DNA of 64,000 nucleotides from Gammaproteobacteria bacterium (GTDB lineage Bacteria; Pseudomonadota; Gammaproteobacteria; Eutrophobiales; Eutrophobiaceae). A program made the translations under genes and the position numbers. The notes under the pieces are model-generated. The model made no database searches, was not told where the DNA came from, and saw nothing but the letters and a program-made list of their open reading frames with translations. Every line of letters starts with the position of its first letter. Positions within the stretch are counted from its first letter, which is position 1. Positions 1-10,666 of the stretch are shown here, piece after piece. The stretch spans positions 1,440,001-1,504,000 of the forward strand of contig OZ250183.1 of the NCBI GenBank assembly GCA_965238225.1, given 5' to 3'.

Positions 1-1114
1 AGTTTTGAATTCTTGATTGAGAATCTGATTTAAATTCTCCAGGAACTGATAATACATTCTGAGAGGTATTACCACGCTGCTCTAATAATTTATCAATTGG
101 CAAATATATTAAACTATTCCCATTATCAGAATCTATAAATACTTTATTAGAATTCGATAACACTGACTCAATCGTATCAAGATAAAGACGCTGGCGTGTC
201 ACTTCAGGTGCGCGCTGATATTCAGTCAGCAATTGCTCAAAGCGACTGGCTTCACCTTCAGCTTTGGCAATAACTTTTGCCTTATAGCTGTTTGCTTCTT
301 CGCGTAAACGCGCAGCGGCACCTCTGGCTTTTGGAATAATATCGTTTTTATAGGCTTCTGCCTGATTGACTGATTTCTGCTCATCCTCTCTTGCCTTGAT
401 TGCATCATCAAAAGCAGCCTTGACTTGCTCAGGTGGTTTTGCTGATTGCATTTCTACTTTAGCAATCACAATTCCAGATTTGTAAATATCCATGATTTCC
501 TGAATTAATATTTCTTGCCTTTGCGCAATTTGACTTCGACCTTCTGTTAGAACAAAGTCAAGTTTGTTTTTACCAATCACTTCACGTACAGCGCTTTCTG
601 TGACCTGCCTTAGTGTTGCAGAAGGGGCGGAAAGGTTAAACAGGAAATCGGCCGGGTTGTTGATTTTCCACTGCACTGCAACTTCAACATCTACAATATT
701 TTCATCTTGCGTTAGCATGCTTGCTCTATGTTTAAAAGGACGCAGTTGTCCCACATTAACTTTAATCACTTTTTCTATTGGACGCGGAAACCTCAGACTA
801 AGTCCAGGTTGTAAATCTGCCACGTGTTTACCAAAACGCAAAACAACGCCACGCTCCTGTTCGTCTATTGCATAAAAAGAATCAAAGATCAGCCACCCAA
901 CAAGTGCTGTCAAAATAAAAGCTGCGGGTATTATTGAGCCGCCACCATTTCCAGCACCGCTTGTGGGTTTTTTTCCAAAAAATCCGCTGAGACCTTGCTG
1001 CATCTTGCGTATCACTTCATCCAAGTCCGGCGGATCATCGCCATTATTCTTATTGCCCCCGTTACCCCAAGGATTTCTACCCTTATCACCGCCAGGTGGT
1101 TCATTCCAGCCCAT
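1..1114 (-). CDS. hflK: FtsH protease modulator HflK (runs off window edge)
   Basis: Manual translation from ATG 1114: MGWNEPPGGDKGRNPWG...PPDLDEVIRK...EQERGVVLRFGK...MLTQDENIV...PPEQVKAAFDDAIKAREDE; open to the edge; directly downstream of hflX. Confidence 0.95.
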   Translation of the reverse strand, partial: MGWNEPPGGDKGRNPWGNGGNKNNGDDPPDLDEVIRKMQQGLSGFFGKKPTSGAGNGGGSIIPAAFILTALVGWLIFDSFYAIDEQERGVVLRFGKHVADLQPGLSLRFPRPIEKVIKVNVGQLRPFKHRASMLTQDENIVDVEVAVQWKINNPADFLFNLSAPSATLRQVTESAVREVIGKNKLDFVLTEGRSQIAQRQEILIQEIMDIYKSGIVIAKVEMQSAKPPEQVKAAFDDAIKAREDEQKSVNQAEAYKNDIIPKARGAAARLREEANSYKAKVIAKAEGEASRFEQLLTEYQRAPEVTRQRLYLDTIESVLSNSNKVFIDSDNGNSLIYLPIDKLLEQRGNTSQNVLSVPGEFKSDSQSRIQN

Positions 1115-1199
1115 TATTGTGTCTTCTCCAATTTTTAAAGCATTACGCCAAAAGTATATTCAGTTCTATTTATGTGGTTTCTCAAGCCTCGCTATTGTC

Positions 1200-2510
1200 T
1201 CACTGTAGCAAGACATCTTCCAGACCTAATTTTGGGGTTAGTTTCTGCATAGATTCGTAACTCAATTCCAGACCGGATTCCCGAAAAAGCTGGTCTAATC
1301 TATGCGATTCCATATCTACTTCCATCATCCAACCACCTCTCTCGTCATGCTTTTCATTACGTACAACACCTATATTAAACAGGTGGGCACGTAATTTACC
1401 TGCAGAAGCGGGTAAATTTAGTCGGTGATGCTGAACTTTAGAGCGAATAAACGTGGTGATTGCGCCTAATAAACCTGCAATCCCCTCGCCAGTTTTAGCA
1501 GATAAAAATACCCTCCGAGGAAAGCCATGCTCATCCATTTTAACTTTTGCGCTAAAGCCCTCATGCTGATCAATTTTGTTATAAACCTCAATTTGTGGCA
1601 CGTTTTCCGCGCCGATTTCATCGATAACAAGATTGACCTGCTGCATCTGAATATCACGTCTTTCACCAGCAACATCAACAATATGTAAAAGTAAGTCAGC
1701 TTCTCGTGTTTCCTCCAGCGTTGCATGAAATGCAGCCACCAAATCGTGGGGGATATGCCTGATAAATCCTACGGTATCGGTCAAAATTACCGGGGTTGCA
1801 GGTGCTAATTCAATACGACGGAAGGTTGGATCAAGTGTCGCAAATAATTTATTGGCAGTATAAACATTCGAACCTGTCAGCCTGTTAAACAAAGTTGATT
1901 TGCCGGCGTTGGTATAACCTACTAAGGAAATGACTGGTATGTGCGATTTGCTTCGTCTTTTTCTGCCTTGTCCGCGCTGATGTCTAACTTTTTCCAGTCT
2001 CAGGTTGATTGTTTTAATGCGCTTACCTATCAGACGGCGATCCGTCTCTAACTGGGTTTCGCCTGGCCCTCTTAAGCCAATTCCACCTTTTTGCCGCTCC
2101 AAATGCACCCAGCCTCTAATCAAACGGGAAGACAGATACTGTAACTGAGCCAACTCGACTTGTAATTTTCCTTCAAAACTTCTGGCGCGTTGCGCAAATA
2201 TATCAAGAATCAACCCTACGCGATCAACCACCCTGCATTGACATATCTTTTCTACGTTACGTTCCTGTCGTGGACTCAAAATATGATTAAAAATGATAAT
2301 ATCAGCCTGTTTTTCAGTCACTGCCTGCTTTATTTCTTCAGCTTTACCACTGCCAATAAAAAAACCAGCATCCGGCGCACTCCTAGAACAGGAGATGATT
2401 GTAAGCGCTTCGAGTCCGGCAGATGTTACCAGTTCGACAAACTCTTCAATATCTTCGTTAAATTCAGTATTTTGAAAATCAATATTGACGAGAATAGCGA
2501 ACCCGCTGAT
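1200..2510 (-). CDS. hflX: Ribosome-splitting GTPase HflX (5' start uncertain)
   Basis: GLRGPGETQLETDRR, GYTNAGKS, LFATLDPT, DTVG and NKID motifs; HflX-like sequence continues in frame upstream of the ORF-track start (2321) to about 2510, with TAA at 2520-2522. Confidence 0.93.
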   Translation of the reverse strand: MSGFAILVNIDFQNTEFNEDIEEFVELVTSAGLEALTIISCSRSAPDAGFFIGSGKAEEIKQAVTEKQADIIIFNHILSPRQERNVEKICQCRVVDRVGLILDIFAQRARSFEGKLQVELAQLQYLSSRLIRGWVHLERQKGGIGLRGPGETQLETDRRLIGKRIKTINLRLEKVRHQRGQGRKRRSKSHIPVISLVGYTNAGKSTLFNRLTGSNVYTANKLFATLDPTFRRIELAPATPVILTDTVGFIRHIPHDLVAAFHATLEETREADLLLHIVDVAGERRDIQMQQVNLVIDEIGAENVPQIEVYNKIDQHEGFSAKVKMDEHGFPRRVFLSAKTGEGIAGLLGAITTFIRSKVQHHRLNLPASAGKLRAHLFNIGVVRNEKHDERGGWMMEVDMESHRLDQLFRESGLELSYESMQKLTPKLGLEDVLLQ

Positions 2511-2551
2511 AGCTGCCCCTTAAGTTAAGCAAACATCTAAAATTGTGAATT

Positions 2552-2797
2552 TTAAGTCTTGCCCTGACCATCGTGATGATCGTCCGGAAGCTTGATATTA
2601 CGTGTCGGGACAATGGTTGATATTGCATGTTTGTACACCAATTGACTGACAGAACTCTTCAAAAGCACAACAAATTGATCGAATGATTCTACTTGACCTG
2701 TGAGCTTTATCCCATTAATGAGAAATACTGATACAGGCACTCGCTCTTTGCGTAAAACATTAAGAAACGGGTCTTGCAAAATATGCCCCTTATTCAT
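2552..2797 (-). CDS. hfq: RNA chaperone Hfq
   Basis: LQDPFLN...[19 protein letters not shown]...[10 protein letters not shown]; miaA-hfq-hflX synteny. Confidence 0.98.
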   Translation of the reverse strand: MNKGHILQDPFLNVLRKERVPVSVFLINGIKLTGQVESFDQFVVLLKSSVSQLVYKHAISTIVPTRNIKLPDDHHDGQGKT

Positions 2798-3000
2798 AAC
2801 ACTTCTCCTTAAGTTTTTAAAATTATTATTTTTATAAACCTGAGACAGGTTCTTTAATTATTGTACTTTTCTTTAAAACCTAAAATGATTTATCTCGAAT
2901 CATTCATGGAGTTCTTGTTTATTATTAGTGACTTTAAATTATTATCGACGGATTGGATTATATTCTTATTACTTGCGTCATGCTAGATGAATATATCAAC

Positions 3001-3933
3001 TTAATAAACATTTTTTTCCTTCAGTATCCTCTGTATTTTGTCAACCAGCCCGAATTCGGCACAGTTGAACCAAACACCATTTTTCTCTTTCCTGAACCAG
3101 GTCATCTGCCTCTTTGCCAGTTGTCGCGTTGCAGTAATCCCTTGTTCGACCATCTCTTCGTAATTTATTTTTCCATCCAGATAATTCCAAACCTGACGAT
3201 AACCAACCATACGCATGGCAGGTAGATATCTAGAAAATTGTTCATCTGAATGAAAAGACCTGACTTCTTCTACGAGTCCTTCATTTAGCATGTTCATAAA
3301 ACGATGTTTAATTCTTTCATGAAGTATTGAGCGATCTTCAGGATATAGAATAATTTTAATGGATGAAAAAAGAAATGGATTTGTCGTCTCATTTTTGTGG
3401 TGATCTGTCATATTGCGACCACTAATTTCATAAATTTCCAGAGCGCGTTGTACGCGTTGCGGATCATTTGGGTGAATTCTATCTGCCGATACAGGGTCAA
3501 TCTCAGCAAGTCTGCTATGCATCGCTTGCCAGCCAATGGCTTTTGCTTCTCGCTCAAGTTTCTGTCTGACTTCTTTATCAGCATCCGGAAAATTAAATAT
3601 CCCTGACTCCAACACACGAAAATACAGCCCTGTACCACCCACCAAAAACGGGATCTTATTTTGAGAATGTATTTCGTCGATAGCTTGCAAAGCATCACTA
3701 CGAAACCTTGCTGCCGAGTAAGTCTCGTCTGGCTCACAGATATCTACCAAACGATGAGGGACATTACTTAAGAATTCCTTTGATGGCTTGGCCGTGCCAA
3801 TATCCATGCCTCGATAAACCAAAGCAGAATCTACACTGATAATGCCTATGGGGAAACGCTTAAATAGTGCTGCTGCAATTTCTGTTTTGCCCGTTGCAGT
3901 CGACCCCATTAAAAATACGACAGGCAATGTCAT
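3001..3933 (-). CDS. miaA: tRNA dimethylallyltransferase
   Basis: GSTATGKT, SVDSALVYRGMDIGTAKP, VGGTGLY, TRQLAKRQMTW. Confidence 0.97.
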   Translation of the reverse strand: MTLPVVFLMGSTATGKTEIAAALFKRFPIGIISVDSALVYRGMDIGTAKPSKEFLSNVPHRLVDICEPDETYSAARFRSDALQAIDEIHSQNKIPFLVGGTGLYFRVLESGIFNFPDADKEVRQKLEREAKAIGWQAMHSRLAEIDPVSADRIHPNDPQRVQRALEIYEISGRNMTDHHKNETTNPFLFSSIKIILYPEDRSILHERIKHRFMNMLNEGLVEEVRSFHSDEQFSRYLPAMRMVGYRQVWNYLDGKINYEEMVEQGITATRQLAKRQMTWFRKEKNGVWFNCAEFGLVDKIQRILKEKNVY

Positions 3934-4107
3934 TTCAAGTTTTCCATTTTTGATAGATTATAAATCTACTGAAATTAGTTTCAAATAAAGACAGAGTTTT
4001 TTTGCTGTATCCCGTTACTGTATCTATGCGTGATAAGTTCGAGGGATATTCCTGCGACGGAGGTATTTCGTATAAGTAATTTTACTAAATTACCTAAATT
4101 ACCAAAA

Positions 4108-5406
4108 TTATATTGCCGGGATATTAAGAACTTGACCGACTAGAATCTTATCACTTTGCAACTGATTTGAATCACGCAGTATATTCATTCTGACTTTATA
4201 CCGCGCCGCAATACTCGAAAGTGTATCTCCATATGCGATAACATACTTGCGCATTGTTCTTACAGCAATAAATGTTCCTTTCGGCGCGCGGTATCTGAAA
4301 TAATCCTTCAAACCACTTAACAGTGTCTTTGCAAGTTTGTTTTGATATGCAACATTCTGTAATTTTTTCTCTTCTTGAGGATTAGAGATATAGGCCATCT
4401 CAACCAATATTGAAGGAATATCCGGTGACTTTAGAATTACAAACCCTGCTGACTGTACATATTTTTTATGGGTTTTACTTAATTTTTTCAGATGAGATAG
4501 AACCTTTTCAGCAACGCCGATACTGGCTTCAAGACTGGCAGTTTGGGAAAGATCTAGTAATACCGATACTAATACATCATCTTTGTCTTCAAGACTGACG
4601 CCGCCAATAAGATCAGCAGCGTTTTCTCTTTCGGCTAACCATTTCGCTGTTTCACTACTTGCTCCTTTGTGAGAAAGGATATAAACGGAGGAACCCCTAA
4701 CTTTAGTATCTTTAAAGGCATCGGCATGAATAGAAATAAGTAAGTCTGCCTTGTGCCTTCTAGCTTTCCCCATTCGATTACGCAAGCTAAGAAAATAATC
4801 GCCTTCTCGTATAAGAATGCCCTTCATACCATATTCATGATTAATCAGACTAACCAATTTTTTAGCGATCTTCAGTGTCACATCTTTTTCACGTACACCA
4901 TGTGGCCCCGTTGCACCAGGGTCGTCTCCGCCATGACCCGCATCAATAGCAATAATAATATTCTTTGATCGTTTGTTATCTGCTTGTGTCATTACAGGAG
5001 TAACTGCATCCTGCTTGTTTTCATCGTAGAGGTCTATAACCAAACGATGTCCGTATTGCTTATTGGGTTGCAGTAGGAAGCTACGCATTTCAATATTTCT
5101 CTTTAAATCGAAGACAATACGTAAGTTCGATTTGCCTCTTGCAGCACTACGAACATTTTTGAGATATCTATCAGTGTTAACAGGCTGATTGATTTTTCGG
5201 GTCATTTTTGCGTTTTCAATGTCGACGACCAAACGGTAAGGATTGGATAGCAACCCTAGTTTGTGCTTGACCGCTGGGTGAGAAACATCAAACACCACGC
5301 GCGTGTTGTCAGGCGCTGCCCAAATACGGACATTCTGCATTGTCACCTGAGCTGCAAACACAGGCACTTGCAACGTGAAACACAAAATTAAACACAATTT
5401 ACGCAT
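4108..5406 (-). CDS. amiB: N-acetylmuramoyl-L-alanine amidase (AMIN + Amidase_3 + LysM)
   Basis: Signal peptide, IDAGHGGDDPGA, ISIHADA, LKSPDIPSILVE, C-terminal LysM (GDTLSSIA); synteny. Confidence 0.9.
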   Translation of the reverse strand: MRKLCLILCFTLQVPVFAAQVTMQNVRIWAAPDNTRVVFDVSHPAVKHKLGLLSNPYRLVVDIENAKMTRKINQPVNTDRYLKNVRSAARGKSNLRIVFDLKRNIEMRSFLLQPNKQYGHRLVIDLYDENKQDAVTPVMTQADNKRSKNIIIAIDAGHGGDDPGATGPHGVREKDVTLKIAKKLVSLINHEYGMKGILIREGDYFLSLRNRMGKARRHKADLLISIHADAFKDTKVRGSSVYILSHKGASSETAKWLAERENAADLIGGVSLEDKDDVLVSVLLDLSQTASLEASIGVAEKVLSHLKKLSKTHKKYVQSAGFVILKSPDIPSILVEMAYISNPQEEKKLQNVAYQNKLAKTLLSGLKDYFRYRAPKGTFIAVRTMRKYVIAYGDTLSSIAARYKVRMNILRDSNQLQSDKILVGQVLNIPAI

Positions 5407-5547
5407 GGTCTTGAGACTGTAAGTTTCCTTAAATATTGTTCTTAATTGTTTGATTGTTACTTGAATAATCTCAAGTTTTATCTAGAAAACAAATATATAT
5501 ATCTGTTTTATAAGCAATAAAAAATAAAAAATCAAGTTTTAAGGATG

Positions 5548-5997
5548 TTAAAAAGAATGGATAATCTCTTTCCCTAGGGAAGTTTTAGCCTCTAGGTGAA
5601 CCTTTCTCCGTTTATCGTCATATTGAATGTGAATGTGAATATCTGGCAAGCCCAGCAATACTGCACCTTTTTCTGGCCATTCAACAAGACATATCCCCTC
5701 CCCAGAGAAGTAATCACGTATGCCGAGAGACTCAAGTTCTTGCGGATTATTGAGTCGGTAAAGGTCGAAGTGAAATACTTCAAGGTCAACAAGTTTGTAG
5801 GACTCTACAAGTGTATAGGTGGGGCTTCTGACAATCCCTTGGTAACCAAGTCCATACAGAAATCCTCTGCTTAAAGTGGTCTTACCGGAACCCAAATCAC
5901 CTTGCAAAAATAACTTACTGCTAGGCGGACAAGCGCTTGCCAAGCTTCGACCCAGTGCCTCCATAGCCGAGGCATCACCAATATTAAACTTACGCAT
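5548..5997 (-). CDS. tsaE: t6A biosynthesis ATPase TsaE
   Basis: LQGDLGSGKT, SPTYTLVESY, HFDLYRL, VEWPE. Confidence 0.96.
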   Translation of the reverse strand: MRKFNIGDASAMEALGRSLASACPPSSKLFLQGDLGSGKTTLSRGFLYGLGYQGIVRSPTYTLVESYKLVDLEVFHFDLYRLNNPQELESLGIRDYFSGEGICLVEWPEKGAVLLGLPDIHIHIQYDDKRRKVHLEAKTSLGKEIIHSF

Positions 5998-7504
5998 TAA
6001 CTAATTTTCTTATCCACGGCATTAAATCACTTGCCAACACCCCGCGTTCTGTAACAGCGCAGGCATTATCTCCAGCGCTTGCATGGAGACAAACGCCCAA
6101 TCGCACTGCATCTGCTATATCAATACCCAATGAGATTCTCTGAGCGATTAATCCAGCTATAACACCTGTTAGAACATCCCCCATGCCCCCACTTGCCATA
6201 CCAGGATTTCCGGCAGAACAAATTGATACCTTTGTCTCGCCGTCTTTCCTGCCATCAACAATCACCGTACCACTGCCTTTCAATACAGTAATGCCGCCAA
6301 ATCTCTTCTGGATCTCCTTAGCGGCAGCAATCCTGTCCGATTGAATCGTACAGGTATCACAACTTAATAAACGCGCTGCCTCGCCAGGATGGGGAGTGAG
6401 CACCCAATGATCAGAGGTAATAGGGTCTTGTGCAAGTAAATTTAAGGCATCCGCATCAACAACCACAGGCAGTCTGCGCTCTATTGTTTTAGAAAATAAT
6501 GACATGCCCCAATTTGATTGGGAAAGCCCTGGTCCAATAGCCGCGACATTTGCCTTTTCCAAAAGAGGGATTAATTCATTTGAATTTTCGACTGCATGCG
6601 CCATGATTTCCGGAACAGCCATGACGATATATCCTGCATGATTCGCACGCGTAGCGAGGCTGACTAATCCTGTGCCAGTTCTCGCAGCAGCTTCAGCACA
6701 CAATCGCACAGCGCCTGCGTAACCATAGTCCCCGCCAATCACAAGGACATGACCAAAATCTCCTTTGTGTGAAGATTTTGATCTTGGCAACAAACAAGAT
6801 TGCAGATCATCTAATGTAATTTGTTCTGTCATTGAGTTAATTTTTCTTCCTGCCTCGTCTGTTATATCTAAATTACTGAAATATACATCCCCAGCATATT
6901 CCGCGCCTTGACCGGTGAAAAGACCCTGTTTCAAACCAATAAATGAAATTGTAGTATCCGCCTTTATTGCTGAACCCATGACTGTGCCCGTATCTGCATT
7001 GAGCCCAGACGGAATATCAAGAGACAGCACTGGTGCATTACAGCGATTAACAGTGTTGATAATTTCCTGCCATTTTCCAGATACTTCTCTGTCTAAGCCA
7101 GTACCTAAAAGCGCATCGACAATAACATCAAATTCATTTAGGTCTTCTTTATTAACTGTCGTGGACTCTAAACAATTGGCAGCATATTTTGTGGCAGCAA
7201 GTCTGGCATCTCCCTCTAGTTTTGCATGGTCGCCTACTTGCTGAAGTTTAACGCAAAGACCGTCGGCCTTTGCAAGCCTCGCCAAAACATAGCCATCACC
7301 ACCATTATTGCCCACGCCACAAAATACGAGGATATTTTTTGCTTCAGGCCACTTTGAGCGCATCAATTTATAGGCAGCATTCCCCGCGCTTTCCATTAAG
7401 GTAATGCCGGAAATGGAAAATTCCTCAATGGCGATGCGATCCAATTCTCGGACTTGTGCTGCGAGATATAACTTCTTCGGCAATGACGGTTCAGGTAATG
7501 GCAT
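5990..7504 (-). CDS. nnr: Bifunctional NAD(P)HX epimerase/dehydratase
   Basis: GNNGGDG, VDALLGTG, LDIPSG, HKGDFG, TPHPGEA, GNPGMASGGMGDVL. Confidence 0.95.
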   Translation of the reverse strand: MPLPEPSLPKKLYLAAQVRELDRIAIEEFSISGITLMESAGNAAYKLMRSKWPEAKNILVFCGVGNNGGDGYVLARLAKADGLCVKLQQVGDHAKLEGDARLAATKYAANCLESTTVNKEDLNEFDVIVDALLGTGLDREVSGKWQEIINTVNRCNAPVLSLDIPSGLNADTGTVMGSAIKADTTISFIGLKQGLFTGQGAEYAGDVYFSNLDITDEAGRKINSMTEQITLDDLQSCLLPRSKSSHKGDFGHVLVIGGDYGYAGAVRLCAEAAARTGTGLVSLATRANHAGYIVMAVPEIMAHAVENSNELIPLLEKANVAAIGPGLSQSNWGMSLFSKTIERRLPVVVDADALNLLAQDPITSDHWVLTPHPGEAARLLSCDTCTIQSDRIAAAKEIQKRFGGITVLKGSGTVIVDGRKDGETKVSICSAGNPGMASGGMGDVLTGVIAGLIAQRISLGIDIADAVRLGVCLHASAGDNACAVTERGVLASDLMPWIRKLVNA

Positions 7505-7542
7505 TCAGCACTTATTCAATATAATCTTGATTGAGCGCCGAT

Positions 7543-8085
7543 TCAGCTGACGAAGAAATGCTCCCGATAAAATTTTAATTCATCAATAGAATCTCGTATG
7601 TCTTGCATGGCAAGATGTTCTGACTTTTTTTTAATCATTGGTTTGTCAGGATACCAGCGCGTCACCATTTCCTTGACTGAGCTCACATCAAGGTTCCGAT
7701 AATGAAAATACTGCTCCAGTTGTGGCATTAAACGGTGTAAAAATCGACGATCTTGGCAAATACTATTTCCACACATGGGAGAAGCCTTTTCAGGGACGAG
7801 CCTGCTCAAAAATTCCAAGGTCATAGTCTGTGCATCAACAGCAGAATAAGGGCTTTTCAGTACCCGTTCGGCAAGGCCAGATTGCTTATGTTGGCGAGTA
7901 TTCCATTCATCCATGGCAAGTAAAGTCTCTTTCGTCTGATGCACAATAACGGCAGGCCCTTCAGTGAGAATATTTAATTCAGAGTCAGTGACAATTGTTG
8001 CAACCTCGATGATATAATCATTGTCTGTATTTAAACCGGTCATCTCTAGATCGATCCAGATGAGATTACTTGGTGATGAAGTCAT
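7543..8085 (-). CDS. orn: Oligoribonuclease
   Basis: [31 protein letters not shown]. Confidence 0.97.
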   Translation of the reverse strand: MTSSPSNLIWIDLEMTGLNTDNDYIIEVATIVTDSELNILTEGPAVIVHQTKETLLAMDEWNTRQHKQSGLAERVLKSPYSAVDAQTMTLEFLSRLVPEKASPMCGNSICQDRRFLHRLMPQLEQYFHYRNLDVSSVKEMVTRWYPDKPMIKKKSEHLAMQDIRDSIDELKFYREHFFVS

Positions 8086-8217
8086 AAAAATATCCTTAAA
8101 ATTACTTTGGCAAAGGGCATTCTACTATAATATGTGCTGCCTGAAATGGACTATGCCTTGAAACAGGAGCAGTAATTAAAGATAAATAATTAAAGAGAAC
8201 AAAAAATTGTTGAAATT

Positions 8218-9462
8218 ATGAATGAATTTACCTACATATTCCTTTTTGCATTGACGCTGAGTATTGTTGTTCAACTACTGCTCGGTTACAGGCATATTAG
8301 TCATGTTCGCTTATTTAGCGGGGCAGTCCCCGATGCCTTCGCAGACAAGATTCCACTAAAGGCACACCAAAAAGCCGCAGCCTATACTCAAGCAAAGGTT
8401 AAGACAGGTTTGTTTGAGTTATTATTTTCAGCAATTTTTCTTTTGATCTGGACACTGGGTGGTGCATTGCAGAGCCTTGAGAATGCTTGGCAATCTCTAG
8501 AATTGTCCGAGCTTTGGACAGGCACAGCATTTTTACTGTCTGTGATTGCCATTATGGCGCTTCTGAATTTGCCTATATCTGCCTACCGTACTTTCTGCAT
8601 CGAACAAAAATTTGGCTTTAATAAAACGACTGTGCGTATTTTTATTATGGACATTATCAAAAATACGATTGTAGGTTTTCTAATTGGCGTACCGTTGCTG
8701 GTACTGATACTTTGGATCATGAATGTCTCGGGAACACTATGGTGGTTATATGTATGGATAACATGGTTTGGATTTAGTCTGATCATGATGTGGGTCTATC
8801 CAAGTTTCATTGCGCCTTTGTTTAATAAATTTAAACCACTGGATGAAGGTAAATTAAAAGATCGTATTGAAAATTTACTGACACGTAATGGTTTTACCTG
8901 CAATGGTATTTTTGTCATGGATGGTTCAGCGCGATCGACTCATGGCAACGCTTACTTCACTGGCCTTGGTTCAAATAAACGCATTGTCTTTTTTGATACA
9001 CTGATAGGCGAATTAAGCCATGATGAAATTGAAGCGGTTCTGGCACATGAGCTTGGGCATTTTAAATGTAACCACATCAAAAAACGTGTGATAATCATGG
9101 GCGCGTTGTCACTCGCCGGACTCGCCATTCTCGGATGGTTAATTAACTTACCTTGGTTTTATCAAGGCTTAGGAATTTCAACGCCATCCAATTACATGGC
9201 TCTATTGTTATTTATTATGATTTCGCCAGCATTCACTTTTTTTCTGCAGCCGATCTTTTCATTCACATCGCGCAAACACGAATTTGAAGCGGATGATTTT
9301 GCAGCAGGACAAGCCCAAGCAGAACATTTAATCCATGCACTGGTTAATCTCTACAAAGAAAATGCCAATACCCTGACACCGGATCCCATATATTCAGCTT
9401 TTTATGATTCACATCCCCCAGCACCTGTCAGAATTGCACATTTATCTGAAAAAATTTCATGA
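8218..9462 (+). CDS. M48 (Ste24-like) membrane zinc metallopeptidase
   Basis: Multiple TM segments, VMDGSARSTHGNAYFTG, AHELGH (HExxH), EFEAD, SHPP. Confidence 0.92.
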   Translation: MNEFTYIFLFALTLSIVVQLLLGYRHISHVRLFSGAVPDAFADKIPLKAHQKAAAYTQAKVKTGLFELLFSAIFLLIWTLGGALQSLENAWQSLELSELWTGTAFLLSVIAIMALLNLPISAYRTFCIEQKFGFNKTTVRIFIMDIIKNTIVGFLIGVPLLVLILWIMNVSGTLWWLYVWITWFGFSLIMMWVYPSFIAPLFNKFKPLDEGKLKDRIENLLTRNGFTCNGIFVMDGSARSTHGNAYFTGLGSNKRIVFFDTLIGELSHDEIEAVLAHELGHFKCNHIKKRVIIMGALSLAGLAILGWLINLPWFYQGLGISTPSNYMALLLFIMISPAFTFFLQPIFSFTSRKHEFEADDFAAGQAQAEHLIHALVNLYKENANTLTPDPIYSAFYDSHPPAPVRIAHLSEKIS

Positions 9463-9683
9463 AAATTTTGCAAAGAATTATTGTTATATGGATTTTTATT
9501 AATACCATTAACTGCAACACATGCAGAAGATATTAATATTGCAAAGAACTACATCAAAAGCATTGTCTAGAATGCCGTTTGAATTGAGCTGAACGAACCA
9601 CAGGCTGTCTCCTTTGAATAGAGAGTAATACTGTAATACGCACTATGTCGTAATGTACATCATGTGATTCGCATGAAATATGA

Positions 9684-10277
9684 TCATACGTCTTGTCTGC
9701 CCGACATCGCATATGAGATTGTTCGACTATTTACATACTCTAGGCCACCGCCTACAGGAATGCCATGTGCGATGCGTGTAACCTTTAGATTAGATTTTTT
9801 TACCATCTCCCCAATAAAATGTGCAGTCGCCTCGCCTTCCACTGTGGTGCTTGTTGCCAGTATTACTTCTTCAATCTCACCTTTGTCAACCAACTGATTT
9901 AGTTCAGATAATCCGATTTCATCTGGCCCAATACCATCTAGTGGCGAAAGATGTCCCATCAATACAAAATACAGCCCTCGATAATCTGATTTCTCTATAG
10001 AAACAACATCCGCTGGATTTTCGACCACACACAGCAGGGCACGATCGCGTTTTTTATTGATACATAGAGGACAAACTTCCGTTTCACTGAAAGTTCTACA
10101 ACGCTTACAATGACCTACTAAATCCATGGCTTCATGCATGGAAGCTGCAAGTTTACGTGCACCATCTCTATCTCTTTCCAGTAAATGATAGGCGATGCGT
10201 TGCGCAGACTTTTTGCCCACTCCTGGCAAACAACACAGGGCTTCTACTAAATGAACTAGCTTGGGAGATTCAAGCAC
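9684..10277 (-). CDS. recR: Recombination mediator RecR
   Basis: LPGVGKKSAQR, C4 zinc finger, TOPRIM CVVE...EGEATA...RIAHGIPVGG. Confidence 0.97.
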   Translation of the reverse strand: MLESPKLVHLVEALCCLPGVGKKSAQRIAYHLLERDRDGARKLAASMHEAMDLVGHCKRCRTFSETEVCPLCINKKRDRALLCVVENPADVVSIEKSDYRGLYFVLMGHLSPLDGIGPDEIGLSELNQLVDKGEIEEVILATSTTVEGEATAHFIGEMVKKSNLKVTRIAHGIPVGGGLEYVNSRTISYAMSGRQDV

Positions 10278-10293
10278 GAGAGGCTATTCCTGA

Positions 10294-10617
10294 CTAAAAT
10301 GGTAGTTTCATGCCTGCAGGTAAATTCATGCTTGCAGTTAAGCCTGACATTTTTTCCTGTGTCATATTTTCTACCCGACGATTTGCATCATTGACTGCAG
10401 CAGCAACCAAATCTTCCAGCATATCTTTATCATCCTCCAATAAGGTGGGATCAATACACACATGTTTAACATCATGTTTGCCTGTCATGGTAATCTTGAC
10501 CATACCTGCACCTGACTCACCTGTGACCTCCAGTTTAGAAATTTCTTCCTGCGCCTTCTGCATATTTTCCTGCATCTGCTGCGCTTGTTTCATTATGTTA
10601 CCCAGATTACCTTTCAT
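10294..10617 (-). CDS. ybaB: YbaB/EbfC nucleoid-associated protein
   Basis: MKQAQQMQ...GESGAGMV...[11 protein letters not shown]; between dnaX and recR. Confidence 0.95.
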   Translation of the reverse strand: MKGNLGNIMKQAQQMQENMQKAQEEISKLEVTGESGAGMVKITMTGKHDVKHVCIDPTLLEDDKDMLEDLVAAAVNDANRRVENMTQEKMSGLTASMNLPAGMKLPF

Positions 10618-10666
10618 ACTTTTATTATAACCTTAATTTAAAGAATAGTATTTATACAGACAGAGT

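Noticed and set aside
226-1208. Short ORFs in the first 1.2 kb
   Set aside because: They overlap hflK, which the ORF track missed because its stop lies outside the window
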